Origin: Candidatus Limnocylindrales bacterium
GTDB taxonomy: Bacteria; Chloroflexota; Limnocylindria; Limnocylindrales; CSP1-4
NCBI GenBank assembly: GCA_036508755.1
Contig: DATCGV010000081.1
Coordinates: 67,062 to 131,061, forward strand
Length of the DNA stretch: 64,000 nucleotides
Direction: 5' to 3'
Shown here: positions 7,996 through 16,370 of the stretch, in pieces
Position numbering within the stretch: the first letter of the stretch is position 1
Layout: each line of letters begins with the position of its first letter
Program-made: the position numbers and the translations under genes
Notes under the pieces: generated by a model
Database searches by the model: none
What the model was told of the DNA's origin: nothing
Seen by the model: only the letters and a program-made list of their open reading frames with translations

Positions 7996-9222
7996 GTGAG
8001 CCTCGAGATCAGGAGCGTCCCAGCCGACGGGCTGCGGCGCTGGGCGGAGTCCGTCTCGTTTGCCAATACCGAAGAGCTGACCGACGAGGTCTGGCGTGAC
8101 GTCGCGCCCGAGGTGGAGCTCGACCGAACGTTTGGAGCCTACGATGGCGACCAGGTCGTGGGCGGCGGGAGCATCTTCTCGTTCGACGTGACCGTTCCGG
8201 GCGGCGCCGCGCTCCCGTCGGCAGGCGTGACGTGGGTCGGGATCATGCCCACCCATCGTCGGCGTGGTGCGCTGCGCATGCTGATGACGCGCATGTTCGA
8301 GGATGCCCGCCAGCGCCGCGAGCCACTGGCCGTGCTGTGGGCGTCGGAAGGCTCGATCTACCAGCGCTTCGGCTACGGCCTGTCCACGCTCGCATCGTCG
8401 ATCGACCTCGAGCGTGACCGAGCGCAGCTCGTGTCAACCAGCCCGGCGGTGGGCACCGTGCGCCTGGTCGACATCGACGAAGCGCGTCGTCTCCTGCCGC
8501 CTATTTTCGAGCACAACCGCAGCCAGTTCCCGGGCTTCTACTCGCGCAGCCCGGAGTGGTGGAAACTCGAGATGCTGGCCGACTACAAGTGGGCACGGCG
8601 CGGATTCGAGCGGAAGTTCTTTGCCGTCCATGAGCGCGACGGCCGACCTGACGCGTATGCCATCTACCGCGCGCGCCAGGAATGGTCCAACTCCGTGCCC
8701 GGCAGCCAGCTCCAGGTAGAGGAAATTCTGGCCCTCGACGGCGAGGCGCTGCGCGAGATGTGGCGCTTCATCTTCGGCATCGACCTGATCAAGCGCATCA
8801 CGACTCGCGCGGGCAGCGTCGACGAGCCACTGCTGTCGATGCTCGCTGAGCCGCGCCGCCTGAACCTGCGCCTGCGTGATGGGCTGTGGCTGCGCGTCCT
8901 CGACGTGCCGTCGGCCTTCGAGCGGCGCGGCTATGCGGCCGACGGCACGATCGTGCTCGAGGTGCGCGACGAGTTCCTGCCTGACGCGGGCGGCCGTTTC
9001 CGGCTGGCCGCGAAGGGCGGCCGGGGAGCTGTCGAGCGGACGACCGAGGCGGCCGAGATCGCCCTCGACGCGGCCGACCTGGGCGCTCTCTACCTGGGCG
9101 GTTTCACCTTTGCCGGTCTGGCGCGCGCGGGCCGGACCCAGGAGCTGGTCGACGGCGCCAGAGCGCGCGCGGACGCGATCTTCCATTCGCCGGCGCCCGC
9201 CTGGTGCCCGCAGACCTTCTGA
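7996..9222 (+). CDS. Eis-like GNAT N-acetyltransferase (GNAT + SCP2-like C-terminal domain)
   Basis: VTWVGIMPTHRRRGALRMLM, LWASEGSIYQRFGYG, LRDGLWLRVLDVPSAFERRGY and a C-terminal F are collinear with enhanced-intracellular-survival-type acetyltransferases. I chose the GTG at 7996 rather than the track start at 7852. Confidence 0.8.
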   Translation: MSLEIRSVPADGLRRWAESVSFANTEELTDEVWRDVAPEVELDRTFGAYDGDQVVGGGSIFSFDVTVPGGAALPSAGVTWVGIMPTHRRRGALRMLMTRMFEDARQRREPLAVLWASEGSIYQRFGYGLSTLASSIDLERDRAQLVSTSPAVGTVRLVDIDEARRLLPPIFEHNRSQFPGFYSRSPEWWKLEMLADYKWARRGFERKFFAVHERDGRPDAYAIYRARQEWSNSVPGSQLQVEEILALDGEALREMWRFIFGIDLIKRITTRAGSVDEPLLSMLAEPRRLNLRLRDGLWLRVLDVPSAFERRGYAADGTIVLEVRDEFLPDAGGRFRLAAKGGRGAVERTTEAAEIALDAADLGALYLGGFTFAGLARAGRTQELVDGARARADAIFHSPAPAWCPQTF

Positions 9223-9302
9223 CGATCGGCCAGTAGCCGAAACCCATTGCGCGGGCCGATCGTCTGAGCATCAACCCTTCAGCACTCACACGGGGACGGC
9301 GC

Positions 9303-9866
9303 TTGCTCCGAACGACCCTCGCCGGGTTCCTGGCCATGATCGCGATCGCGTGCACGGCCACCACGCCGGCACCGACTCTCACACCGCAGCCAACACAGAC
9401 CAGCGCTCCCACGACGATCACGCCGCGGCCGCCGACGGCGACGCCTCAGCCGACGGGTGCGCCGACCCTTAGCTCGAGCCCAACACGGACCGCTACGACC
9501 AGCCCGACGCCGGCGCCGAGCGCGGCTCAGACGGTCTACCCGGCCGGATCGGCCATCGTCACCTTCGACGTCGACGGCGAGCAGTACCGGATCCTGGTCG
9601 TCGACCCCCAGAACGTCGCCATCGCGCAGAAGCTGTTTGCCGGTCAGGAGGCGCCCAGCATCCCGAACGGCCTGATCGTCCGTGGCGACCCGAGTGTCAA
9701 CACTGGCTGGAGCTGGCACATCGATCCACAGTCGCTCGAGTTCGCGGACATGACGACCGAGGTCTGTGACGGCAAGCCGTCATTTGTCGAGGACGGCACG
9801 CTGACCGGCGATCGTTTCTGCCCATGGAGCGCCCGGGTCGTCGCGATCGAGCCCGTGAACCAGTAG
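9303..9866 (+). CDS. lipoprotein with Pro/Thr-rich linker, unknown function
   Basis: TTG start. Lipobox-like LAMIAIAC, then about 70 aa of P/T-rich linker, then a globular domain (IVTFDVDGEQYRILV..WSWHIDPQSLEFADMTTEVCDG). Confidence 0.7.
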   Translation: MLRTTLAGFLAMIAIACTATTPAPTLTPQPTQTSAPTTITPRPPTATPQPTGAPTLSSSPTRTATTSPTPAPSAAQTVYPAGSAIVTFDVDGEQYRILVVDPQNVAIAQKLFAGQEAPSIPNGLIVRGDPSVNTGWSWHIDPQSLEFADMTTEVCDGKPSFVEDGTLTGDRFCPWSARVVAIEPVNQ

Positions 9867-9996
9867 AAAACGCCCGAAGGAGCCGCCCGGTCCGCCGATC
9901 TTCACGGCTGGCGAACCAGCTATGTCGATCAGTGTTCCGTGGCCCCTTCGGGACAACCAGAGACTACCCAGCAGCGCGGCGGTGCGGCAAGAGGAG

Positions 9997-10059
9997 TTGT
10001 CCACGAAACAGCGGCGACTCAAGGCTTTATCCACGAACCTTCCAGATCAACAATCCACA
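9997..10059 (+). promoter_or_regulatory. cluster of three DnaA-box-like 9-mers
   Basis: TTGTCCACG (9997-10005), TTATCCACG (10027-10035) and CAATCCACA (10051-10059), all in the same orientation. They lie in the 243-nt gap upstream of the S41 peptidase gene and are followed by several GATC sites. Confidence 0.35.
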
Positions 10060-10109
10060 GCGCGCTTTTGATCGCTGCCTGATGATCAGCACCCCATGAC
10101 CCGCCAGCG

Positions 10110-11573
10110 ATGAACGACCTCGTACCGCCGCCGGCGAGCCCCGTGCCTGCCAGCCCGGTGCCGGCCCCTGGGCAGCCGGCGTGGGCGCCGCCGCCTCCTT
10201 CTCCGCGCGCCGCCTCGTCGATCGCCGCGCTGGTGCTGCTCGTGGTCGTCTTCGTCATCGGCATCGCCGTCGGCTCGAGCGGGGTGCTCGGTCGATCATC
10301 ATCTGTCGGCGGGTCTTCGGGGTCGCCTCCGGCTGGGCCGGGACAGCCCGGTGCATCTGCGGCGCCAAGCGCGGACGCCAATGCGCCGTTCAACTTCGAC
10401 CTCTTCGGCCAGGCGCTGAGCGTCATCGGCCAGAACTTCGTCGGCCGAGCCAACCTCGACCCGACGACGCTGACCTACGGCGCCATCCGCGGCCTGGTCC
10501 TGGCGCTCGGCGATACCGACCACACCGTCTTCCTCACTCCGGCCGAGGCGCAGGCTGAGCAGAGCGCTCTTGACCAGAACGTCGTCGGCATCGGCGTGCT
10601 GCTGGGGACCAAGGACGGCCAGCCGGTCGTCGTCTCGGTCGTGCCCCAGAGCCCGGCCCAGGCCGCCGGGCTGAAGGCCGGAGATTTCATCGTTGCCGTC
10701 AACGGCCAGGACGTGACCAGCGCCACGCCCGACCAGATCGTGACCCAGGTCCGCGGCGACGCCGGCACTACCGTCCAGATCACTATCCAGCGACCATCAA
10801 CCGGCGAACGCCTCGACTTCTCGATCGTCCGCCAGAAGATCACGTTCCCGTCCGTGTCGTGGACGATGGTCCCGGGCACGACCGTTGCCCTGATCCGCAT
10901 GTCCCAGTTCGCGGCGAGCTCAGCCGACGAGCTGCTCACGGCTCGTGACGCCGCCGTGGGCCAGGGCGCGACCTCGATCATCCTCGACCTTCGTGGCAAC
11001 CCCGGTGGCTACGTCGACGAGGCGGTCAAGGCAGCGAGCGAGTTCCTGCACGGGAAGACCGTGTACATCCGCGAGCTGGCCGACGGCTCGCGGGTTCCGG
11101 TAATGACCGACGACAGCGTGGCCTCGAGCGACGTGCCGCTCGTCGTCATGGTCGATAACAACACGGCGAGCTCGGCCGAGATCATGTCCGGCGCCATCAA
11201 GTCGGCCGGCCGGGCGCCAATCGTAGGTGCCACAACTTTCGGTACTGGCACCGTCCTCTTGCCGTACACCCTGTCCGATGGGTCGGTCATTCGCCTCGCG
11301 ATCGAGCGCTGGCTGACGCCCGACGGCGAACTCATCTTCGGCAAGGGCATCACGCCAACGGATCCCGTGGCTCTCGGCCCAAGCGACGTGCCCATCGAGC
11401 CGACCGACCTGCAGGGACTGACGGCCGATCAGCTCGACACGATCAGCGACACGCAGCTGCTGCGCGCGCTCCAGCTCGCCGGCGGCCCGACGATCAGCCC
11501 GCTGCCGGCATCGTCCTCGCCCGCAGCGCAGGCGCCGACGCCTGCGGCGCCGACGCCTGCGCCGAGTCCCTAG
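10110..11573 (+). CDS. S41 family C-terminal processing peptidase with PDZ domain, membrane-anchored
   Basis: N-terminal TM helix IAALVLLVVVFVIGIAV, PDZ domain (VVSVVPQSPAQAAGLKAGDFIVAVNG), S41 core (IILDLRGNPGGYV, VVMVDNNTASSAEIMSGAIK). Confidence 0.9.
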   Translation: MNDLVPPPASPVPASPVPAPGQPAWAPPPPSPRAASSIAALVLLVVVFVIGIAVGSSGVLGRSSSVGGSSGSPPAGPGQPGASAAPSADANAPFNFDLFGQALSVIGQNFVGRANLDPTTLTYGAIRGLVLALGDTDHTVFLTPAEAQAEQSALDQNVVGIGVLLGTKDGQPVVVSVVPQSPAQAAGLKAGDFIVAVNGQDVTSATPDQIVTQVRGDAGTTVQITIQRPSTGERLDFSIVRQKITFPSVSWTMVPGTTVALIRMSQFAASSADELLTARDAAVGQGATSIILDLRGNPGGYVDEAVKAASEFLHGKTVYIRELADGSRVPVMTDDSVASSDVPLVVMVDNNTASSAEIMSGAIKSAGRAPIVGATTFGTGTVLLPYTLSDGSVIRLAIERWLTPDGELIFGKGITPTDPVALGPSDVPIEPTDLQGLTADQLDTISDTQLLRALQLAGGPTISPLPASSSPAAQAPTPAAPTPAPSP

Positions 11574-12457
11574 GCCGCCGGGGCGAAGCTCGCCTCCACG
11601 CTGAGCTCTTCAGCGCCGCGCACGAGCTTGACCTGGATCGTGCCGTTCGCAGCGACGGCGCCCAGCGCGTCGTAGACATCGTCGGGCTCGACGATCTGCT
11701 TCCCGCCGGCCTCGACGATCAGGTCGCCCTCGCGAATTCCGGCGCGTTGGGCCGGGCTGGCATCCTCGACTTCACGCACCAGCACGCCATGGCGCTCCTC
11801 GAGTCCGACTGCGCGCCGCATGCGGTTGGCGACCCACGACGGGGCAATGCCAACCCCGAGCCGCGGCCGCTCGGCCGAATCACCGCGCTGGAGGGCGGCG
11901 ATCCGGTTCTTGAGCGCCTCGTCCGCCGGCAGGGCCAGGTAGAAGCCACTGCCGACACGGTTGGTGTTGAGGCCGATCAGGCGGCCGTCGCGGTCGACCA
12001 GGGCACTGCCCGACGAGCCGGGCGCAAGCGGGGCCGTGTGCTCAATGCTGCCCGAGATGCGCCGGCCGCGCGGACCGCGGAAGGAGCGCGCCACGCTCGA
12101 CACGAAACCGAAGGTCGCGCGCGTGCCGCTGCCGCTGGTCGTGACGGCAAACGCGGCAGTGCCTATCGTCGCCGCGCGATCCGACCACTCGATAGCAGCC
12201 GCGGCGCCCGTGTCGACCGTCAGCACGGCCAGATCTCCGTCGACGTCGATGCCCGCCAGCTCGGCCTCGGCCTCGTGACCGTCGGCAAAGGTGACCGTGG
12301 CCGAATCGCCGCGGACGTTGTGAGCGTTGGTCAGAACGGCGCCGTTGCCGACGACGACGCCGGCGCCGCCGCGCCAGCCACCCAGGTGCACGACCGATGG
12401 GCCGACCTTGTCGAGGACTGCTGAGAAGGAGGACTCGAGCTCGTCGAGCGTTGACAT
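11570..12457 (-). CDS. trypsin-like serine protease with C-terminal PDZ domain (HtrA/DegP-like)
   Basis: Triad context TNAHNV, DGDLAVL and PGSSGSALVD. PDZ domain GVLVREVEDASPAQRAGIREGDLIVEAGG. I chose the ATG at 12457 (MSTLDELESS), so the track extension to 12538 is trimmed. No signal peptide is visible. Confidence 0.85.
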   Translation of the reverse strand: MSTLDELESSFSAVLDKVGPSVVHLGGWRGGAGVVVGNGAVLTNAHNVRGDSATVTFADGHEAEAELAGIDVDGDLAVLTVDTGAAAAIEWSDRAATIGTAAFAVTTSGSGTRATFGFVSSVARSFRGPRGRRISGSIEHTAPLAPGSSGSALVDRDGRLIGLNTNRVGSGFYLALPADEALKNRIAALQRGDSAERPRLGVGIAPSWVANRMRRAVGLEERHGVLVREVEDASPAQRAGIREGDLIVEAGGKQIVEPDDVYDALGAVAANGTIQVKLVRGAEELSVEASFAPAA

Positions 12458-12493
12458 TGCGCTTGGACTCCGTTTCGTGCGTGGGGTGTAAGA

Positions 12494-12516
12494 GTAACTT
12501 GCAAGTCGCAAGTTAC
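12494..12516. promoter_or_regulatory. perfect 9-bp inverted repeat, candidate HxlR operator
   Basis: GTAACTTGC-aagtc-GCAAGTTAC sits in the 80-nt divergent gap between the HtrA-like and HxlR genes. It is AT-richer than its surroundings. Confidence 0.5.
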
Positions 12517-12537
12517 CACGCGCACAATGGACGCGCA

Positions 12538-13005
12538 ATGCGGGCAGGCGCGTGGCAGGATGGAGCCGTGGATCAACCCAAACAGCTTTCGCCGCTGGAC
12601 GGCGCGCTCAATCGCGTCGGCGACCGCTGGTCGTTCCTGGTCGTCGAGGCACTGCTCGATGGTCCGCGCCGCTTCAACGACCTTGCCGCGGCCGTGCCCG
12701 GCATCGCCCCCAACATCCTGACCGACCGCCTGCGTCGCCTCGAACGGGAAGGGGTCGTGGTCAGTCGCGCGTACCAGGAGCGGCCGCCGCGCCATGATTA
12801 CGCGCTTACCTCCGATGGCCGCGAGCTGGCCGGTGTCCTGCGCCTTCTCGCCGCCTGGGGCTCGTCCGGCGCGGCGGCCGGCACGCCCGTCGGGGAGGGC
12901 CTCAGGCACGTCACGTGCGGCTCACTGCTCGAGGCGAGCTGGTATTGCCCGACATGCGCGCGCGCGGTCGACGACGACGACGCCTCGGACCTGGTTCGGG
13001 CCTGA
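12538..13005 (+). CDS. HxlR-family winged-helix transcriptional regulator with Cys-rich C-terminal tail
   Basis: VGDRWSFLVVEALLDGPRRFNDLAAAVPGIAPNILTDRLRRLEREGVV..Y.LT is the HxlR signature. The tail reads HVTCGS..WYCPTCA. The ATG at 12538 is chosen and is uncertain. Confidence 0.8.
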   Translation: MRAGAWQDGAVDQPKQLSPLDGALNRVGDRWSFLVVEALLDGPRRFNDLAAAVPGIAPNILTDRLRRLEREGVVVSRAYQERPPRHDYALTSDGRELAGVLRLLAAWGSSGAAAGTPVGEGLRHVTCGSLLEASWYCPTCARAVDDDDASDLVRA

Positions 13006-13130
13006 CGTTCGCCCGGTGCCGTCGGCGCTCGCCTAGTCAAATCGGGGTAGCGCAGACACCCCGCTCAGGGGTTACACTCGCGCCTCGGGTCCGCCGCCCG
13101 TATGAGCAGCCCGCGCGAGAGAGGCTCGAG

Positions 13131-15698
13131 TTGTCGAAGATTGCAACTTTTACCGGTCAGGCCGCTGCCCGCGACATCCTCACCCAGTCCGAAGCCGCCG
13201 ACCGTGCGCGGCGCGTGGGCCACGTCGCGTACGAGATCGAGCTTGGTCTTGCCGCCGGTCAATCGACGTATCACGGCGAGGTGACGATCCGCTTCAGCGT
13301 CGCCGGCGCCGGTCCGCTCTTCCTCGATTGCCGCGGGCGCGAGATCGAGCTGCTGGAGGTAAACGGCCGGGAGCTCGAGCCGGATTGGACCGGCTACCGG
13401 CTGACGCTGCCGGCGCATGCCGTTGAGCCGGACATGGTCGTCCACCTTCGCTATGTCAACGACTACGACGCGACCGGTGACGGCTTCCATCACTTCATCG
13501 ACCCCGAGGACGGCGGCGAGTACATCTACACCAACTTCGAGCCGTACGAGGCGCACCGGCTCTACCCGTGCTTCGACCAACCGGACATCAAGGCGACCTA
13601 CCGTTTCACGGTCACCGCGCCCGACTCATGGGTCGTGTTCGGCAACGCTCCCGTGGCAGAGACGACTCCGACCAAGGACGGTCGCCTGCGCCATCGCTTC
13701 GACCAGACCGAGGTCTTCAGCACCTACCTGACCGCGCTCGTGTGCGGCCCGTTCGTCCTCCGCCGCCTGCAGCATGGATCGCTCGACCTGGGCCTCTACG
13801 CGCGGCGCTCGCTGGAGAAGCTTCTCGACGAACAGGCGCCGGAGATCCTCGAGCTGACCGGCCAGGGCATGGACTTCTACGCCAGGCTGTTTGACCAGCC
13901 GTATCCGTTCTCGAAGTACGACCAGGTCTTCGTGCCCGAGTACAACTCGGGCGCGATGGAGAACGTGGGCTGTGTCACGTACAACGAGTCGTACCTGTTC
14001 CGCGACAAGTCGACGGACACCCAACACCTCGATCGCGCGGAGACCTTCCTGCACGAGCTAGCGCACATGTGGTTCGGCAACCTCGTGACGATGCGCTGGT
14101 GGAACGACCTGTGGCTCAACGAGAGCTTCGCCACGTACATCAGCTACCTGTGCATGACCGAGGCGACGCGCTTCACGAACGCGTGGAAGGTCTTCAACTC
14201 CGACATCAAGCGCTGGGCGTACATGACCGACCAGCTGCCCACCACGCATCCGATCTCGGGCGATGCGGCTGACACGGAGATCGCCTTTCTCAACTTCGAC
14301 GGCATCACCTACGGCAAGGGTGCCTCGGTCCTCAAGCAGCTCGTCAAGTACATGGGCGCCGATGCCTTCCGCGACGGTCTGCGCCTCTATTTCCGACGGC
14401 ATGCCTGGAGCAACGCGACGCTGTCGGAGTTCCTCAGCTGCCTTGAGAAAGCCGGCCACCTGAGCCTGTCCGAGTGGGCCCAGCTGTGGCTCCAGACCGC
14501 GTCGCTCAATACGCTCGCCGCGCGTTGGACGACCGTCGAGGGCAAGACGAGCGGCTTCGCGATCGAGCAGACCGCGCCGGCGGATTACCCGACGCTACGC
14601 GCGCACGCGATCGAGATCGGATTCGGCCAGGACGCCGGCGGCAAGCTCACGTTCAACTCGGTGCCCGCGTCCGTTGCCGGCGCCATGACGCTGGTACCCG
14701 CGGCCGACGGCGTACCGGAGCCCGAGATCGTATTTCCGAACTATGGCGACCACGCCTACGCCAAGGTCGAGCTCGACCAGCGCACTGTCGACTATGTGCG
14801 CGGCGGCCTGGAGCGCGTCGGCGACGACCTGACCCGGAGCATGCTCTGGGCGTCGCTGTGGGAGATGGTCCGCGACCGCCAGCTCAAGTCGACCGAATAC
14901 CTGGCCATCTGCCGGGCCCAGTTGGCGCAGGAACGTGACCAGGACATCCGCGAGGTCGTCCTCGAGCGCGTCGGCCTGGCGATCAACCGCTTCGTGCCCG
15001 AAGCGCGACGCATCGACGAGGCGCATGCCTGGTTCGTGCTCGCGCTCGACTCACTCGCCAAGGCCGGCGCGGAGGACGGGCGCATCACGTGGGCGCGCTC
15101 GGCGATCAGGGCAGCAGCGTCGGCCGCTGATGTCGCGCGTCTCGTCGCGATCGTCGACGGCAAGGAGAGCGTCGGCGATTTCGAGTTCGACCAGGAGATG
15201 CGCTGGGCAGTGGCGGTCAAGGCGATCGCCTACGGGGTGCCCGACGGCGACCGGCTGCTCGACGAGCAGGCGCGGCGCGATCCCTCCGACCGTGGGCGGC
15301 GCGCGGTTCTCCAGGCTCACGCAGCGCGGCCGACCGAGGCCGCCAAGCGCGAGGCATGGGAGCGCATCAACGGCGCAGGCTTCGGCTCATTCCATCTGAC
15401 GCGAGCGGCGATGATGGGCTTCTTCTGGACGCACCAGGCCGAGCTCCTGGCGCCCTACGCCGAGGCCTTCTTCGGCCAGGTGCGCGAGATATTCGAGACC
15501 CGTGACCATCCCTTTGCCCGCGCATACATTCTGTCGCTTTACCCGGCGCACAACGCTGACCCGCGCGTGCTCGAGCACTCACGCCTCCTGCTCACCGAGC
15601 TTGACGGTTCGCTCCCGACGCTCTCGCGCCAGCTGCGTGAGGCGGCCGATGAGCTCGATCGGCAGATCAAGGTACGCCAGTTCGCCGAGCAGGACTGA
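13131..15698 (+). CDS. pepN: aminopeptidase N (M1 family)
   Basis: GAMENVG exopeptidase motif and HELAHMWFGNLVTMRWWNDLWLNESFA (HExxH-18-E). TTG at 13131 after GAGAGAGG; the track start at 12915 is trimmed. Confidence 0.9.
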   Translation: MSKIATFTGQAAARDILTQSEAADRARRVGHVAYEIELGLAAGQSTYHGEVTIRFSVAGAGPLFLDCRGREIELLEVNGRELEPDWTGYRLTLPAHAVEPDMVVHLRYVNDYDATGDGFHHFIDPEDGGEYIYTNFEPYEAHRLYPCFDQPDIKATYRFTVTAPDSWVVFGNAPVAETTPTKDGRLRHRFDQTEVFSTYLTALVCGPFVLRRLQHGSLDLGLYARRSLEKLLDEQAPEILELTGQGMDFYARLFDQPYPFSKYDQVFVPEYNSGAMENVGCVTYNESYLFRDKSTDTQHLDRAETFLHELAHMWFGNLVTMRWWNDLWLNESFATYISYLCMTEATRFTNAWKVFNSDIKRWAYMTDQLPTTHPISGDAADTEIAFLNFDGITYGKGASVLKQLVKYMGADAFRDGLRLYFRRHAWSNATLSEFLSCLEKAGHLSLSEWAQLWLQTASLNTLAARWTTVEGKTSGFAIEQTAPADYPTLRAHAIEIGFGQDAGGKLTFNSVPASVAGAMTLVPAADGVPEPEIVFPNYGDHAYAKVELDQRTVDYVRGGLERVGDDLTRSMLWASLWEMVRDRQLKSTEYLAICRAQLAQERDQDIREVVLERVGLAINRFVPEARRIDEAHAWFVLALDSLAKAGAEDGRITWARSAIRAAASAADVARLVAIVDGKESVGDFEFDQEMRWAVAVKAIAYGVPDGDRLLDEQARRDPSDRGRRAVLQAHAARPTEAAKREAWERINGAGFGSFHLTRAAMMGFFWTHQAELLAPYAEAFFGQVREIFETRDHPFARAYILSLYPAHNADPRVLEHSRLLLTELDGSLPTLSRQLREAADELDRQIKVRQFAEQD

Positions 15699-15701
15699 GC
15701 A

Positions 15702-16370
15702 ATGGCCAGCCGGCGCTGGGTCGAGCCGGTCGTTCTGGAGGGCAGCCTCGTCCGCCTCGAGCCGCTGGCACCCGAGCATCTGGCCGGGCTGATCGATATC
15801 GGCCTGGAGGCGGACATCTGGCGCTGGATGCCCATTCCGATCCAGACACCGGGCGAGATGCGCGCATGGCTCGATACCTCGCTCGAGGCAGCCAACGGTG
15901 GCTCGGAGATGCCCTTCGCGACGATCGTGCGCGACGGCGACAAGGTCGTCGGCAGCACGCGCTACATGAACATCGAACCGCGCCACCGTCGGCTGGAGAT
16001 CGGCTACACGTGGATCAATCCGCGCTGGCAGCGATCGGCCGTCAATAGCGAGGCCAAGCTGCTGATGCTGCGGCACGCGTTCGACACGCTCGGCGCGCTG
16101 CGCGTCGAGTTCAAGACGGACTCCCTCAATGAGCGCTCGCGCGCCGCGCTGGCCGGCATCGGCGCGACAGAGGAGGGGACCATGCGCAATCACATGGTCA
16201 CGCAGTCTGGGCGCCGCCGGCACTCGGTCTACTTCAGCATCATCGAGGAGGAGTGGCCGCGCGTCCGCCAGCAGCTGGAGGCGCGGCTCGCGCGCCATGC
16301 CCGCGCGGCCCACGCTAGTACGCCGAGTGCAGCGCCTTCTTCCGCGTCCGCCGAGCCCGATCCAGGTTGA
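15702..16370 (+). CDS. GNAT family N-acetyltransferase (RimJ/RimL-like)
   Basis: LVRLEPLAPEHLAGL.., IGYTWINPRWQRSAVNSEAKLLMLRHAFDTLGALRVEFKTD. The 3' end overlaps the convergent GH15 gene by 56 nt. Confidence 0.8.
   Translation: MASRRWVEPVVLEGSLVRLEPLAPEHLAGLIDIGLEADIWRWMPIPIQTPGEMRAWLDTSLEAANGGSEMPFATIVRDGDKVVGSTRYMNIEPRHRRLEIGYTWINPRWQRSAVNSEAKLLMLRHAFDTLGALRVEFKTDSLNERSRAALAGIGATEEGTMRNHMVTQSGRRRHSVYFSIIEEEWPRVRQQLEARLARHARAAHASTPSAAPSSASAEPDPG

Noticed and set aside
9867-10109. Chromosomal replication origin
   Set aside because: A DnaA-box-like cluster is present, but there is no dnaA or dnaN nearby, no obvious AT-rich unwinding element, and only three boxes. It is reported as a regulatory curiosity, not as oriC.
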